NCBI GenBank assembly: GCA_032718475.1
Contig: JAUCBJ010001354.1
Coordinates: 1 to 37,792 of the forward strand
Reading direction: 5' to 3'
Length of the DNA: 37,792 nt
DNA from: Nemertoderma westbladi
Lineage: Eukaryota > Animalia > Xenacoelomorpha
Notes under the pieces: model-generated
The model's input: the letters and a program-made list of their open reading frames with translations, nothing else
The model's database searches: none
What the model was told of the DNA's origin: nothing
Part shown: piece by piece, positions 22,180-33,665 of the stretch
How the letters are laid out: each line of letters begins with the position of its first letter
Numbering within the stretch: position 1 is the first letter of the stretch
Position numbers and translations under genes: made by a program

Positions 22180-23190
22180 TTATACGGATGCGCTGTAACG
22201 GCGGCGTTTGGAACCGCTTGTGGCGATAACGTTGTTGATTCTTAAACGATTATATGGATTCAGTTTGGATAGAACTGAGTCTAACCTCCTGTGTTTCAAA
22301 CGTCTGCCAGCGATAGAGTGAGAAACGCGAGGATCATTGGAAGACGAAATCCTATTTGATGGAAAGTTTCTTGGTAGAATATAATAATCCGAAGAAATGT
22401 TACCCACTGCATCGTTAACAAGGGTACTAACACTATCAGATGGAGCAACCAGATCATTTGTATTGTGAGATCGAGTTAAGTGATCTTGGATCCGATCTGG
22501 TTTTGATTGATTAAGATTTCCGGCGCGATTATTTATCGAGGTTGACAGATCATCAGAGGCTCTTCCACCAGACTTCATGAGATAAGATCCAACAATGGAA
22601 GTTATCTTTGACATCGACGGAGTTACTGGATTTGGAATCCCCCCTTCTGCAGCCAATTGGGATTTCTGCAATGAACTTCTGAAATCATCTTCAATAATCG
22701 ATTCGAATTCATCGATTTCCTGTTTAGTAGAAACGCCTCCGTTCAAAAGAGTTTGGGTAGGTTGCTTGGATACAGCGGGGCTCCTGTTCGAGACTCCTTC
22801 TGGTCGGGTCTCGTTTCTACGCGAGGGTTGAGTGGCAACGCAGTTCGTAACGCCGCAATCGCAAGGCGGAGTTATAACGAAGCGTATCGTGTAGGTTTCC
22901 GGCTTGGTGCTCGCGCAACCATTGTGGTGGCCGTTCTGGGGAATAGCTTTCTCAGCAGTCTCACACCCCACAACGGTGGCCTTTGCGGTCCCCCTACACA
23001 CATGGACTCCCTCTGAAGTCCCCCTAACCACAGGGACTCCCTCTGAAGTCCCCCTAACCACTGAGGTGGCTTCTGATTGTCGGGTACTACTAGATGCTGG
23101 ACCTTCATCAGTGCCACTGCCAGTATCTGGTCTCCGCCAACTTCTAGATGATTCACCAAACGCATCTAAGTTCGGTTGAGGAGTTACACC
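22180..23190 (-). CDS. YR-like gene B, exon 2 (336 aa); spliced product about 638 aa
   Basis: Acceptor CCTTACAG|G at 23191/23190, in frame with ORF 22180-23226. About 95% amino-acid identity to gene A exon 2 by manual alignment. Confidence 0.72.
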   Translation of the reverse strand, partial: GVTPQPNLDAFGESSRSWRRPDTGSGTDEGPASSSTRQSEATSVVRGTSEGVPVVRGTSEGVHVCRGTAKATVVGCETAEKAIPQNGHHNGCASTKPETYTIRFVITPPCDCGVTNCVATQPSRRNETRPEGVSNRSPAVSKQPTQTLLNGGVSTKQEIDEFESIIEDDFRSSLQKSQLAAEGGIPNPVTPSMSKITSIVGSYLMKSGGRASDDLSTSINNRAGNLNQSKPDRIQDHLTRSHNTNDLVAPSDSVSTLVNDAVGNISSDYYILPRNFPSNRISSSNDPRVSHSIAGRRLKHRRLDSVLSKLNPYNRLRINNVIATSGSKRRRYSASV

Positions 23191-24002
23191 CTGTAAGGAT
23201 AATATAATATAAGTTTGAAAACACATACAGTAGAGATCGTTTGTTTATCTATATTTATGCACATCGCTGCATCATGCAGACAAACATTCTATCTAAAACT
23301 TGTGTCGAGAGTTTTGTATTTTAGTTTTAAAAAGTTATGGAATCTTTTAATATTTCAGTAAATCCGGCGATGTTTCTAACAAATAATGCGTATAGGTATA
23401 ACTTTTCTTGCCTTTAAAATTAAAATTCGGAATCACCATAAAATTTTGCGACAGGAGGAGAAACTTGACGCATATCCCATCTCGGCGAATTAATATCTCA
23501 CGCTCACCACAATGTAAAATTATAAATAAATTAAGGGAAAGGAGCAGGTTATTGTAACCAAAGCAAGCAATAAACTAAGTCCATAGGACAGGATACAGTT
23601 TTACTTTTGGAATTAATCACTTGTTATTTGCATCGAATTTCCCCTGGAGAGTGGAGAGGGATGAATTTTGATTGCGTCGAAAGCCCCCCCCCCCCCCCCC
23701 TCCCCCCCCCATCAGAAAATTTTACATTGAAATCAAAATAAAATCCGTTAAAAATTTATACAGGTTGTCTTCAAGTATTTTACTGTTGGGTAAGGCTGCT
23801 TCTTTGCTTAGACTCTCACTGCAGAGTGCAGTCCAATCCCTCCAGCCAGTAAAATGGGATGGTCAGATGAAGGACTGCGATAGGCATACATCCCTGCACC
23901 CTCTGAAAATACTTATTATTTACAGTAATTCCGATTATGATTCGCATTTTGATAACCTGATATTGACTAACCATCGCGAATCATTTATTGAGATTTAATT
24001 AC

Positions 24003-24908
24003 CTTTGATTCTCCCAGATCTAGGCAGCGCACTTCACTATTCCAGTGTAATGTTTCATTAAGACGCCTGAAACAACGTCCAGTATAACTACTCGGATTAT
24101 TAAGTTGAAGGTGCTTGGCAATATCAGAGCCAAACCGGTATATAGCATTCATTCCCATTGAGTGACTGGTAAATGAACGCTTCATCCCAACTCCGGTTGA
24201 GTCCTTAACGCACCGCGTGGCCTTTATTAGTGGTCCAGTAACTATTGGGAGTGCATCAGCGAGGGCAGTGAAGTACACATCGATGTGCGAGGCTAAAGGA
24301 TATGGCACTAAGAACGGTGAACAATAATTTTCTCCGCCTTGCTTTTTAGTACGGATTCCAGAGTAGGTCACCCAGCTACCCCCTTCGCTCTTTTCAACAT
24401 CCTCAATGTTCATTTCCTTTACATCGATGCACCGCAAATCGCCTACCAAGGCAATGACAACAACAGCCTTCCGAACCAGCCAATAGGGGCTGTAATCGAC
24501 ACTGTCCAAAAAGGTTTCGACTTCTTCCTTAGTAAATACGGATGTTGCTTTTTTAACATAAGAAGCTTCATAGCTTTTTAATAGTTTCGTTATTCGTGGC
24601 CACTTCTGAAGACGTTCTCCAAACTTACCCTTGTGGATGCCGTTAAGTTTACTGAATGTTGACCAAATCGTTGACGCTTTCTGACCCTTCTCCCGGTGCA
24701 GATGGTCGAAGTACTGCAGGTAATGTATCTCGACTGGCGCATCAGTCCCAGCAAATGCAATAAATTCCGCGAATGCCATATCGTATCGTTCTTTACTACG
24801 GTCATGACGGCAAGGCATATCAGAAGACACTTGGATGATGTTTGCGAAATTGAGCTTTGGCCCCGCGGGGAATTTAAGAATTTCTTCAACACTGCGCTTT
24901 CCTGACAT
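24003..24908 (-). CDS. YR-like gene B, exon 1: Crypton-type tyrosine recombinase domain, catalytically degenerate (302 codons)
   Basis: Motifs RSKERYDMAF, KASTIWS, VFTKEEVETFL, VGDLRCIDV, YTGRCFRR. Donor AAG|GTAATT at 24003/24002 (phase 0). Confidence 0.8.
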
Positions 24909-25372
24909 ACCGAGGTCGGGGACCGATACCAGTACCGGTACCAGTACAATTTAGAATTTACTCACAAATGTATACTGGTATAATTACTACAGTACTAGCT
25001 GCTGCTACTGTGCTAGGCCTTCCACGCTATCAGCTACCGTACCGGTACAAAATACATTACTAACCTACCTGCCTACAGCGTTCTTACAACACACTTTTAA
25101 TTTAACAAATTACTGTTATCCGTTCGTCTGCGCTTCTCTCAGGCACCCCTGGTTTTAAAAAGTTTTGGTGTCATAAAAAATACCGTTAAATCTGTGACTG
25201 CCAGCTCTTCTATTTTTTTAAATATTTTATCAACCTCCTTTTTTACACTAAAAATTGTGTTCTAGAACAGTTTTTTGAGGGTGTGCGGAGTTGTCGAATT
25301 TGGGTATAATCGATACGGATTATACAGTAATAGCCATTATGTGCGAAATGCGCTGAGGAAGTCAAATCTGCC

Positions 25373-26477
25373 AACAGTTTCATCATATCTTATTTAGTTT
25401 TCGAGATATCGTGAAAAATGTGATATGCACCCAAAAATTGGGTGCGGCGCCAAATTTTCAATTGTCAGTAAATTAAATTTAAATATTCACAAAAAAAATC
25501 AAATTATCGATTTCAATAGGTTTTCTGCGATGCTGAATGCAATGGTTATACTTCCCAGAAGGCTGGGTGAATTGTCATACTACTTTTCATTTGGTGCTGC
25601 AATTTAAAAAATAGAAAATCAAATTTTGAACTTTCGGAAATTTCCAATATAAAGCTCTGATTTACGATTTATTAAGGTTCTGTGTGTTGCTGAATGTAAC
25701 AGTAATGTTTTCTCAATAAGTGGTTTACTGTGTAGTGTATACAATTTTTCCTAAACTGTCTAAAACTTGTGATAAGATATATTTAATTCCTAAGTCATAC
25801 ACCTTTGTATTATTGTCATCCTACTTATATTCTAGAATATTTCCAAACACAATACTTCGATTAATTATCTTTATGAATTTTTATTAAACTTTTATGAATA
25901 TTTACATAACTTTTACAAAGTTTTGTATAAGAAATTTTATAAGAAAGTTTAGAAATTTTTTATGACTTCTGAATTTTCTTTTACTTCTTCTTTTACTACT
26001 TTTACTACTTTTAGAAAATTTTATACCGCTTTTAATACATGTTTTGAAAATTATTATATAACTTTTTGTAATTTTTATACAGCTTTTGCTAAAGAATATG
26101 ATGGTTAAGGAAAAATTGTATACATAGTAAACCTGTTATTCAGAAAATAATACTGTAGCATTCAAAACCATACAACACCTCTATAAATACCAAATCAGAG
26201 GTTTAAAAGGATATTACCGAACTTATAAAATTTTTCATTTTTGTTTTTCAAATTTCAGCACCCAATGAAAAGTAGTACAACAATTCACCCAGCCTTCTGG
26301 AAAATATTACCATATTGCATTCAACGTCACAGAAAACCTATAGAGATCGTTAGTTTTGATTTTTTAGTAAATATTTTTCATGAAAATCGAACAATTTGCG
26401 CCGCACGCACTTTTTGGGTGCGTATCGCATTTTTCACGATATCTCGAAAACTAAACAAAATATGATTTGAAACTGTT
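25373..26477. mobile_element. Old fold-back MITE with ~370-bp diverged inverted arms and a T-rich spacer
   Basis: TTTAGTTTTCGAGATATCGTGAAAAATG (25393ff) is inverted near 26428-26455. CCAGAAGGCTGGGTGAATTGT is inverted near 26279-26300. Confidence 0.8.
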
Positions 26478-27100
26478 TCTGATCCGATTCTAAATATATG
26501 GGCTTCCCACAACAATAATAACACTAAATATTGAAAATATAATAAACCTACAGTAGGCCCTACAAATGACAGTTAAGTATTTTTACTTTATATGACTATT
26601 GACTTCACTTTATATGATTTTAACCACCCCAACCACTTTTGATACCCGTCTGTTCGGTCCATATCCGTCGTATCTGGCGAGGGTAGGCAGCTCCCGTTAC
26701 GTTCCGAGTCCCTTGCGGGCTCGTAGTTAGCTCTGTTCGCCGCCGACCACTCTGTCGTAAGTAAACCCATCGCGTCGCCGTCCATCCTTCCCGATCCTTT
26801 TCACGATCAGTCACTTGGGTTGTCGGACAGCTATGCTCCGGAATCTGTCGGTCTTTCGCGGCGCCCTGTGTCAGCGTCTCCGAGTCCCTATCGGGCTCGC
26901 ACTACGCCAACCATCGCGCCGCTCGGAAAGTTCTCCCTAAGGGTCAACTACCGGGTCCAACTACTGGGTAATGGGAAATCTGGCTTGGCTGTCTCTGCAT
27001 GCAACCAATATACTGTAATTTAACCACCAGCAACCCAGTTAGATAAGTCAGTCAGTAGTAAATTGGATTAATTAAAGGGATGTGTACCGACTTTAAAAAT

Positions 27101-27130
27101 CCAAAATCCGTGGGGGGCCACGGATTTTGG
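27101..27130. other. Perfect 13-bp hairpin, probably inside a TTAA-flanked transposon end
   Basis: CCAAAATCCGTGG-GGGG-CCACGGATTTTGG. TTAAAGGGATGTG lies about 25 bp upstream. Confidence 0.55.
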
Positions 27131-27856
27131 TTTTATGATACCGGGGTCTTATTAGAGTTTTCATGTAAATAGAGTTTATTAAATTAGTATATGCTCGTTT
27201 CCAAAAATAAAAATAACGCGAACATCGGGTATGGATGGGGTGACCCTGCCCTTCGTCCTTAACAGATACGCGCGCAATTATTGCAAAAACATTGGGACGG
27301 AGAGATATTTCTCCATTTTACTAACGTATTGCCGTGTAATCGTAATGAGTGCTTTTGGATCTGGCACAGTTGATTCTATAAGAGTTTTATAATAAATTAT
27401 GTTGCAACCCCACCCCATTCCACATTTAATCACCGATAACTGCCGCTGTAAACTGTTCCACCTCTAAGATACCACGCACTACAGTGTCTGCAATGCCCCT
27501 CAATCGCGTCTCTACCTCACATACTGTATAACTCTGCAATTTTTTAGCTTTTAACATTTTTTACAAATTTAATTTATAATAGGCCTATAATATATACCTT
27601 TGTATCTCTATGTATTTTATATTGTTTACCATTTTACCCCGTTTGGGGGTGAAAGTAACCATTGTGTAGCCAAGTTTTATTTTGATACTGTAGTTTTCTT
27701 AAATTTATTCCCTAACTTCAACTTGGTGTAACACATTCCGAGGCGTTAAATGGATGTAAATGTGTGGCGCTCTGGCGCAGTTACCGTACCTACGAGATAT
27801 CCACCTACCTTTTTAATTAAGAGGTAATTCACGAAAATGGACAAGGAGGCGCTTGT

Positions 27857-27904
27857 GATTGGTTATTCATAAACAATATGATATTAGCAGTTGTCCTTGG
27901 CAAC
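27857..27904 (+). promoter_or_regulatory. Candidate promoter elements (reverse CCAAT and RFX X-box) for the coiled-coil gene
   Basis: GATTGG at 27857 and GTTGTCCTTGGCAAC at 27890-27904, about 850 bp upstream of ATG 28749. Motif match only. Confidence 0.35.
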
Positions 27905-28748
27905 CTTCACAATACAGTACTATTGTTATGTTGCCAGGCTTGGCTTTAATTGGTTGTAATTGTTATTTTGATTAATATGTACTGCTTGGCAAAATATTAT
28001 TGAATGCATTTGATAACAACAATTGTATTAGGCCTATTAAATTTACTGAAGATACTCAATTCAACTGTAACCATAATTAAATTATTTGAGCACTTAAAAT
28101 ACTGTAAAGTTCAGTACTGTGTTAGATGCGACCGGATCAGACTGTTCGTTTTTTGGATTGCATATTAGGCCTATATAGCTTAAAGCCTACTGCAGTTCAC
28201 ATTATTGTTGGTGTTTCTAACACACGTTGCGTTTTTACTTAAAACTCTACTTATCCTGGGGGGTGGGGTGTCAATATGACCTCCAACCCCGTGGTTTTTT
28301 TTGTTATATCTCTGAAACAGACGCAGTTGGTAATCTGAAATTGTATGAATTTTCATAAAAATTGTCTTCCTAGTAGTGAAAACTGTTTTTAAAAATACTG
28401 AGAACGTTTTGAGTTATAGCGCCATTTTTAACCCTCCCTTTCGCACTATTTTTAAGACGTTTTTTGAAAACTACTTTTCATGGTATATGATTTTGTAAAA
28501 CCTCTATTTTTGACATTTTGAGTTACACCTGTTTTTTGGTGTTCTCATTTGATAGAATACATATAAAACGTGGAAGATATTTAAAAAAAATTTGCGGGTT
28601 TTTTGGGGTCCTGATTTTGATGGAATAAATATATACGAGTTGTATTGTACCAGACATATCAAACTTGTATCCCTGCGCAGTGGCATTCCATTAATTTTAT
28701 TTGCCGTGACAGTAAAGAACGTCCTGTAACAAGCTGCTGCAGGTAGTT

Positions 28749-28904
28749 ATGGCGGCTGAAGATGAAGATATGGTTGTCGATGTAGTTGAGGATGTAGTTG
28801 AACCAGGTTACGATAAGTACGAAGTCGATGAACATGGTAAATATGTGGGAGCAATTACAATGGACATGATCGACTTCGATGCACCAGACGCACCTGCCAA
28901 GATG
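28749..28904 (+). CDS. Coiled-coil protein gene (FAM186-like N-terminus, tentative), coding exon 1
   Basis: ATG to ...PAKM|GTTAGT, 156 nt, phase 0. Confidence 0.7.
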
Positions 28905-29011
28905 GTTAGTACTATTTTTTTTTTATTTATTTAAACCAGAGCCATTGCTCCATAGTAAAACGTATTACGAACATAGCACAAATTACATAAATTAAATAGA
29001 GATATTTACAA

Positions 29012-29215
29012 ACGAAAAATTCTTGACTCACCGTCAATTCGGGTGATCCTGTATACAGTCTTAACAATTATATTAAATATAATTGTTGAGACTGTATACA
29101 GGATCACCCGAATTGACGGTGACACAATTATATTAAATACACAATTATATTAAATATAATTGTTAAGACTGTATACAGGATCACCCGAATTGACGGTGTG
29201 TCAAGAATTTTTCGT
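29012..29215. repeat. Complex near-perfect palindrome (one left arm, two right arms)
   Basis: 29029-29074 pairs with 29076-29121 (1-nt loop, 1 mismatch). A second, longer right arm ends at 29215 and pairs back to 29012. Confidence 0.92.
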
Positions 29216-29322
29216 ATCAAACTTGTATTTGTCCTTATGGAATATCTTTATACTTCGGAACTTTGAATATCCCGATGTTTGTTCATATACAGCATACTTC
29301 ACGGAATAGTTTATTTAATAAC

Positions 29323-30212
29323 GACACATTAGCACCATTACTATTTGTAATTGTGCTGGAGTACGCAATGAGGACGGCCACAAAGGGTGAAGATTTGGGA
29401 TTCACACTTCAAGAACGCAGAAGTAGTAGATATCCGGCAACTACAGTCACAGACACCGACTTTGCGGATGACATCGCCCTGCTCTCTAATACGCTAGCAG
29501 ATGCACAGCTTCTACTAAATAAAGTGGAGTGGGCTGCTAAGGAGGTTGGATTGCATATAAATGCTACCAAGACCGAATTCATGACCTTTAATGTTGATGG
29601 AAACTTGACAACCATTGACAATAATCAACTAAGGAAGGTCGACGACTTCCAGTACCTTGGATCATGGATAGAGAGTAGCAAAAAGGACATAGAAGTTTGG
29701 AAAGCAAAGGCTTGGGTAGCTCTATCTTTAATGGATACCATCTGGAAATCAGATCTCTCCAGGCACCTGAAGACTAAGTTCTTTCGAGCCACAGTGGAAA
29801 GTGTATTTTTATAAGGGGGTGAGACCTGGACACTGACTAAATCACTTGAACAACGAATTGATGGTTGCTACACAAGACTACTAAGGACAGCCCTAAACAT
29901 TAGTCGGAGACTACACATGACAAACGCCGAGCTTTATGGTACAATACCACCTGTATCAACCACCCTCCGTGAACGCAGATTAAGATTCAGTGGGCACTGC
30001 TGGAGAAGTAAAGACGAGGTCATACCAGATCTACTTTTCTGGCAACCAACTCATGGAAAGCGTAGTCGTGGACGACCGGCAATAACATATATAGATCAAC
30101 TTGAAAGGGATACTGAACTTGGGAGAAACGAAATTGCGACAACTATGGAGAATCGGGAAGCCTGGAAGGATCTCATTTCCACTGTCAGAGTTCGCACGAC
30201 CTAGTAGTAGTA
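29323..30212 (+). mobile_element. 5'-truncated RTE-clade LINE with (TAG)n tail
   Basis: DTLAPLLF...TDTDFADDIALL...FQYLGSWI...RLRFSGHCWR...RGRP in one frame, with one premature TAA (29812-29814). Ends CGACCTAGTAGTAGTA. Confidence 0.95.
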
Positions 30213-30511
30213 TAAAGCCATTTTTATTCTATTTAATAAATTCACAATGTTCTGGAACATTTTGGTTATGTATGAATAGCTACGCAATACCTGATAATAT
30301 AATTTATAGTTGACTATGATTTATTATATACAGTAATAGGATGCAGAATTTCATTTTACCTAATTTTGCTAACCTTCTGCGGGGGACATGAGATATAATC
30401 ATTTCCGATATGTTGGGTTTTTTTCTAATTTGTTTATAATAAATTCTCACGGGATAACTTGGTGCTTCTCATATCGCAATATTAAATGATAACCTGTATT
30501 TTATTCAACAG

Positions 30512-30667
30512 GTACTTGCTAAGAACTACCGGAACCAAACAGACCGTATGACCAAGGCAACCAAGAACGCTCTGGATAAGATAATGGACCGCGTTGATTT
30601 CTCTATGAACAGCTATGAGTATGGGGAGCAGTTGGGGGATACCGGAGCCAATATGGAGTTCCTTCGA
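30512..30667 (+). CDS. Coiled-coil gene, exon 2
   Basis: TTCAACAG|VLAKNYRNQTDRM...MEFLR|GTGCGT; 156 nt, phase 0-0, open. Confidence 0.75.
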
Positions 30668-30829
30668 GTGCGTTCACTAAGTTACATTGAATATCGTTAT
30701 TGATTATTTTAGTTTCACAGAATATCTTTATCATATTGTTGTTTCGTTAGTTTTCTTAAGTATTGTTATATTATACATATTTTTTTTACATAGGCCTATA
30801 TTTTAATAGAATTTATATTTTTTGAGTAG

Positions 30830-30964
30830 GACACCGAAGAGTTGATGGCCATACTGTCCGATACAGTGAAGAAGCGAAAGTACATGCAGAAAGTGTCGGT
30901 GTTTATTGTCGGTTACGAGAATGCTTCGGACCAGAGATTGGCGTTGCTCAGTGAACTTAATCAG
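30830..30964 (+). CDS. Coiled-coil gene, exon 3
   Basis: TTTGAGTAG|DTEELMAIL...SELNQ|GTGGGT; 135 nt, phase 0-0. Confidence 0.75.
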
Positions 30965-31344
30965 GTGGGTGCGGGGCCAACCTGCGAGATGTGTATCTCT
31001 CGATTCACCTGGAGAAGTGAAGTAAATTGTTGATGTTGATTCGAATAAGGGTGTTCAACAAGGATTGTAAGAGTAGTGGGCACCCTGCTTTACATGTAAC
31101 TGCCAAGAGAGATAGACTGTAGTACTTAAATTAGTAGTTAGAGTGTATAGTTAATCATTGTGGCCGTGATGGTTCATGTTTAATACACACTACCCCTTTC
31201 ACCAGCGAGTGGTTAAAGACGGCCAAGTACTGTAGGGTTGAGCACAGTGGCAGCAGATGATGGTATGACAGATGGGAGGCCATGAGGAGGTAAATTGCGG
31301 ACATACAAGGTATCAGGTAGTATTTCCAGGTCTATCTTTTACAT

Positions 31345-31470
31345 GAGCCGCTATCTGAATGGTTAGAGCGTCAGACTTCCAACCCGGAGGTCACCAGTTC
31401 GATCCCACCTGGTCGTCATTGTCGACTTTGCTAAAAGCTGTGCCCAACAACAAGTGTTAATAATATTAAA
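31345..31470 (+). mobile_element. tRNA-derived SINE fragment
   Basis: A-box-like TATCTGAATGGTTAGAGC and B-box-like AGTTCGATCCC; stems do not form a complete tRNA. Confidence 0.6.
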
Positions 31471-31629
31471 CCACTCATTCACCCATAACACCAATAATAA
31501 GAGAGAGAGAGAGGAAGATGTACCTTCGCTCTTGGGTTGCCTCGGATGTATAATTTTTCTCGTATAGCCCTAGGCCTACTGATTGACCACATTTTTACGT
31601 CGACATAAATTAATCGTTATTTTATCCAG

Positions 31630-31820
31630 TTTTTCACGACGGCTAAATCTCAGACCGCGGACGATTTGGTTACCACGGAGGAGTTAGATTTATCCCAACT
31701 GGAGTCTAACCTGGCCAGCGCCCTGGAGACTGCCGAGAGGTTGTCCTTGCGTCTGGGGGAGCTCAATACGGAGATGGTAGTGGCCGTGAACAACGCGGCC
31801 TTGGCTAGAGAAAATAAAAA
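31630..31820 (+). CDS. Coiled-coil gene, exon 4
   Basis: TTATCCAG|FFTTAKSQ...ALARENK AA|GTTGGT; 191 nt, phase 0-2, which matches the phase needed at 33291. Confidence 0.75.
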
Positions 31821-32134
31821 GTTGGTTATATTCTACAATATTCTTTAGTGTAAATTTTCATTGAATATGTTAATGTATTCTTTATATTAGGCATACTGCT
31901 ATACATGTATAGTATCTTGGCTTGGCGTAGGCCTATCTCGATTCGTTCGTATTTATCACTTGTAAACTGAGCTATACAAACATTAATACGATTAAAATTT
32001 CTTTATACAAACATTATAATTATTTTAATAAATAATTATGGAATTTATATATATAGCCTATAGAAAGAATTATGGAAAGCTTATAAAGTATAAAAACATT
32101 TTTTAAGTGATCGGACGTCAGTTATGAGTTAAAA

Positions 32135-32305
32135 GGCGGGGTAGCTCAGTTGGTTGAGCGCCGGGCCTGCAATCTAATGGTTGGAGGTTCAGCCCCGCCC
32201 GGGTCCAATCTGCCTTTCATCCACTGGGGTCGATAAAATGAGTACCAGTTAAATAACTGGGAGCAAAACAAGGGATAGGAGTAGCGCCTACGCCTATCCT
32301 CGGGT
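32135..32305 (+). mobile_element. tRNA-derived SINE with a conserved central domain (MetaSINE-like, tentative)
   Basis: GGCGGGGTAGCTCAGTTGGTTGAGC head and GGTTCAGCCCC B box, then GCCTTTCATCCACTGGGGTCGATAAAATGAGTACCAG. A second copy starts at 36711. Confidence 0.8.
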
Positions 32306-32407
32306 TTGGTGACCCTGACCAGGTCATGTTTATTCTTATCTGTTAAATATCCCCCCCCCCCCCCCCCCCCCCTCCCAATTACTCATTTCTATATTTTATA
32401 TTTACAG

Positions 32408-32413
32408 CGCCAA
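32408..32413 (+). CDS. Coiled-coil gene, candidate 6-nt microexon (exon 5)
   Basis: TATATTTACAG|CGCCAA|GTAAGT; frame-preserving in a phase-2 intron, no stop created. Confidence 0.55.
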
Positions 32414-33290
32414 GTAAGTTTATCGACGGAGATATTCCAAATAATTTAACAATCTATTCTTTCTTTAGAATGGGTTAATTTAACTTGCTTTATTGACATA
32501 CAGTATTTATTTGCATTATTGCGGAAATTTAAATTACAACTGAGTATTTCTGTTATAATAAACTAACAATAATCTATATTGGTTCAATATATGCTAGCTG
32601 AACAACTAACACATTGGTTTTTTAGTAGATTTTGTTAGAGTAGGCACATCTGGACTATCGCTAACTTTTTTAAATTTGCGTAATAATTGTCTTGTTATTT
32701 GGTTAGAGAAAATGGTTGGTACATGTAGGTGATAAACCAAATGGCAAAAAATAACCCCATGTAAAAACTGAAACCAACAATATTTTATCTAACACAACAA
32801 CAAAATACAAAATATATTTGTAAGTGTCGAATTATTTTCCTTGAAAACGACAAAATCGAATAACCACCTGGATGAACTAATACTCCAAACAAAGGGGGTT
32901 GAAAAATACGACAACAATGCAATTAATCTGAAGAAACAGCGAACACAACAACGAATATAGGCTAACTAACTGTATTTACAATTTTTAGTTAACTAAACAA
33001 TAAATTTATATTTGGGTTTTTATATTTCTGCCCTTAATTGTATGCTAATGTAGTAAACAAAGGACTTCTAGAACATCGGCCTACAGTAGGAGTAATCTCA
33101 TTTGAAAAACTTTAAGTCACACTATTATTCTAGTCATAATATCAATTCGCATAATAACGGTGGCTGTGTGGCAGTAAGTAGTCTTAGCTTAATAGCTTAA
33201 GCTTTAGTAAATAAAATTTTAACTCCAACCTGCAACAGGACATTTAAAATAAGGACATCTGCACTGTAACCCAATGTTGTCTTAACATAG

Positions 33291-33477
33291 GGGTCGTAAA
33301 AAAATGGAGAAAGCCTTCCAGCAGGCCAAAGAAGATATCGTTGAACTAACCGAGAAACTTCTGGGTGCCCAGGCGGAGATCGAAGATAAAGAAGATAAAA
33401 TAACCAAAGTGATGAAGCAATTGGAACAGAAAGATAAGGAAATTGAGAGATCCAAAAAGCGAGCATTGGAAGCCGAG
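33291..33477 (+). CDS. Coiled-coil gene, exon 6
   Basis: AACATAG|G GRKKMEKAFQQAKEDIVEL...ALEAE|GTTGGT; phase 2-0; heptad-like E/K-rich sequence. Confidence 0.78.
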
Positions 33478-33665
33478 GTTGGTAACATAATTCTATATGC
33501 TGTTATCTTTATATTTATTCTACTGGAGCAGTAAATGGTTGCTTTGTGTTGGCTGTTGTTAGTCTCTGAATATTATATTGGTGTCTTGATTTTTTCCCTT
33601 GTTCCAATTTATTCCAGTTTGATCTAGTACAGTAGGCCTACATATGACATCCATTAACACTTTAG

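Noticed and set aside
23684-23710. Poly-C/G runs (also about 2503-2517 and 32350-32372) and the proline-rich ORF 23672-23998
   Set aside because: Simple homopolymers; the ORF is antisense intronic sequence with no support.
23762-23902. Extra internal exon in YR gene B after a TATTTTCAG acceptor
   Set aside because: Stops in all three frames before the distal donor, and the earlier GTGAGA donor gives the wrong phase; no counterpart found in gene A.
31160-31290. Faint 5S rRNA-like sequence
   Set aside because: Similarity too weak to support by eye.
32135-32205. Functional tRNA gene (also 31345-31415)
   Set aside because: Anticodon and acceptor stems do not pair, and the head continues into a SINE body repeated at 36711.
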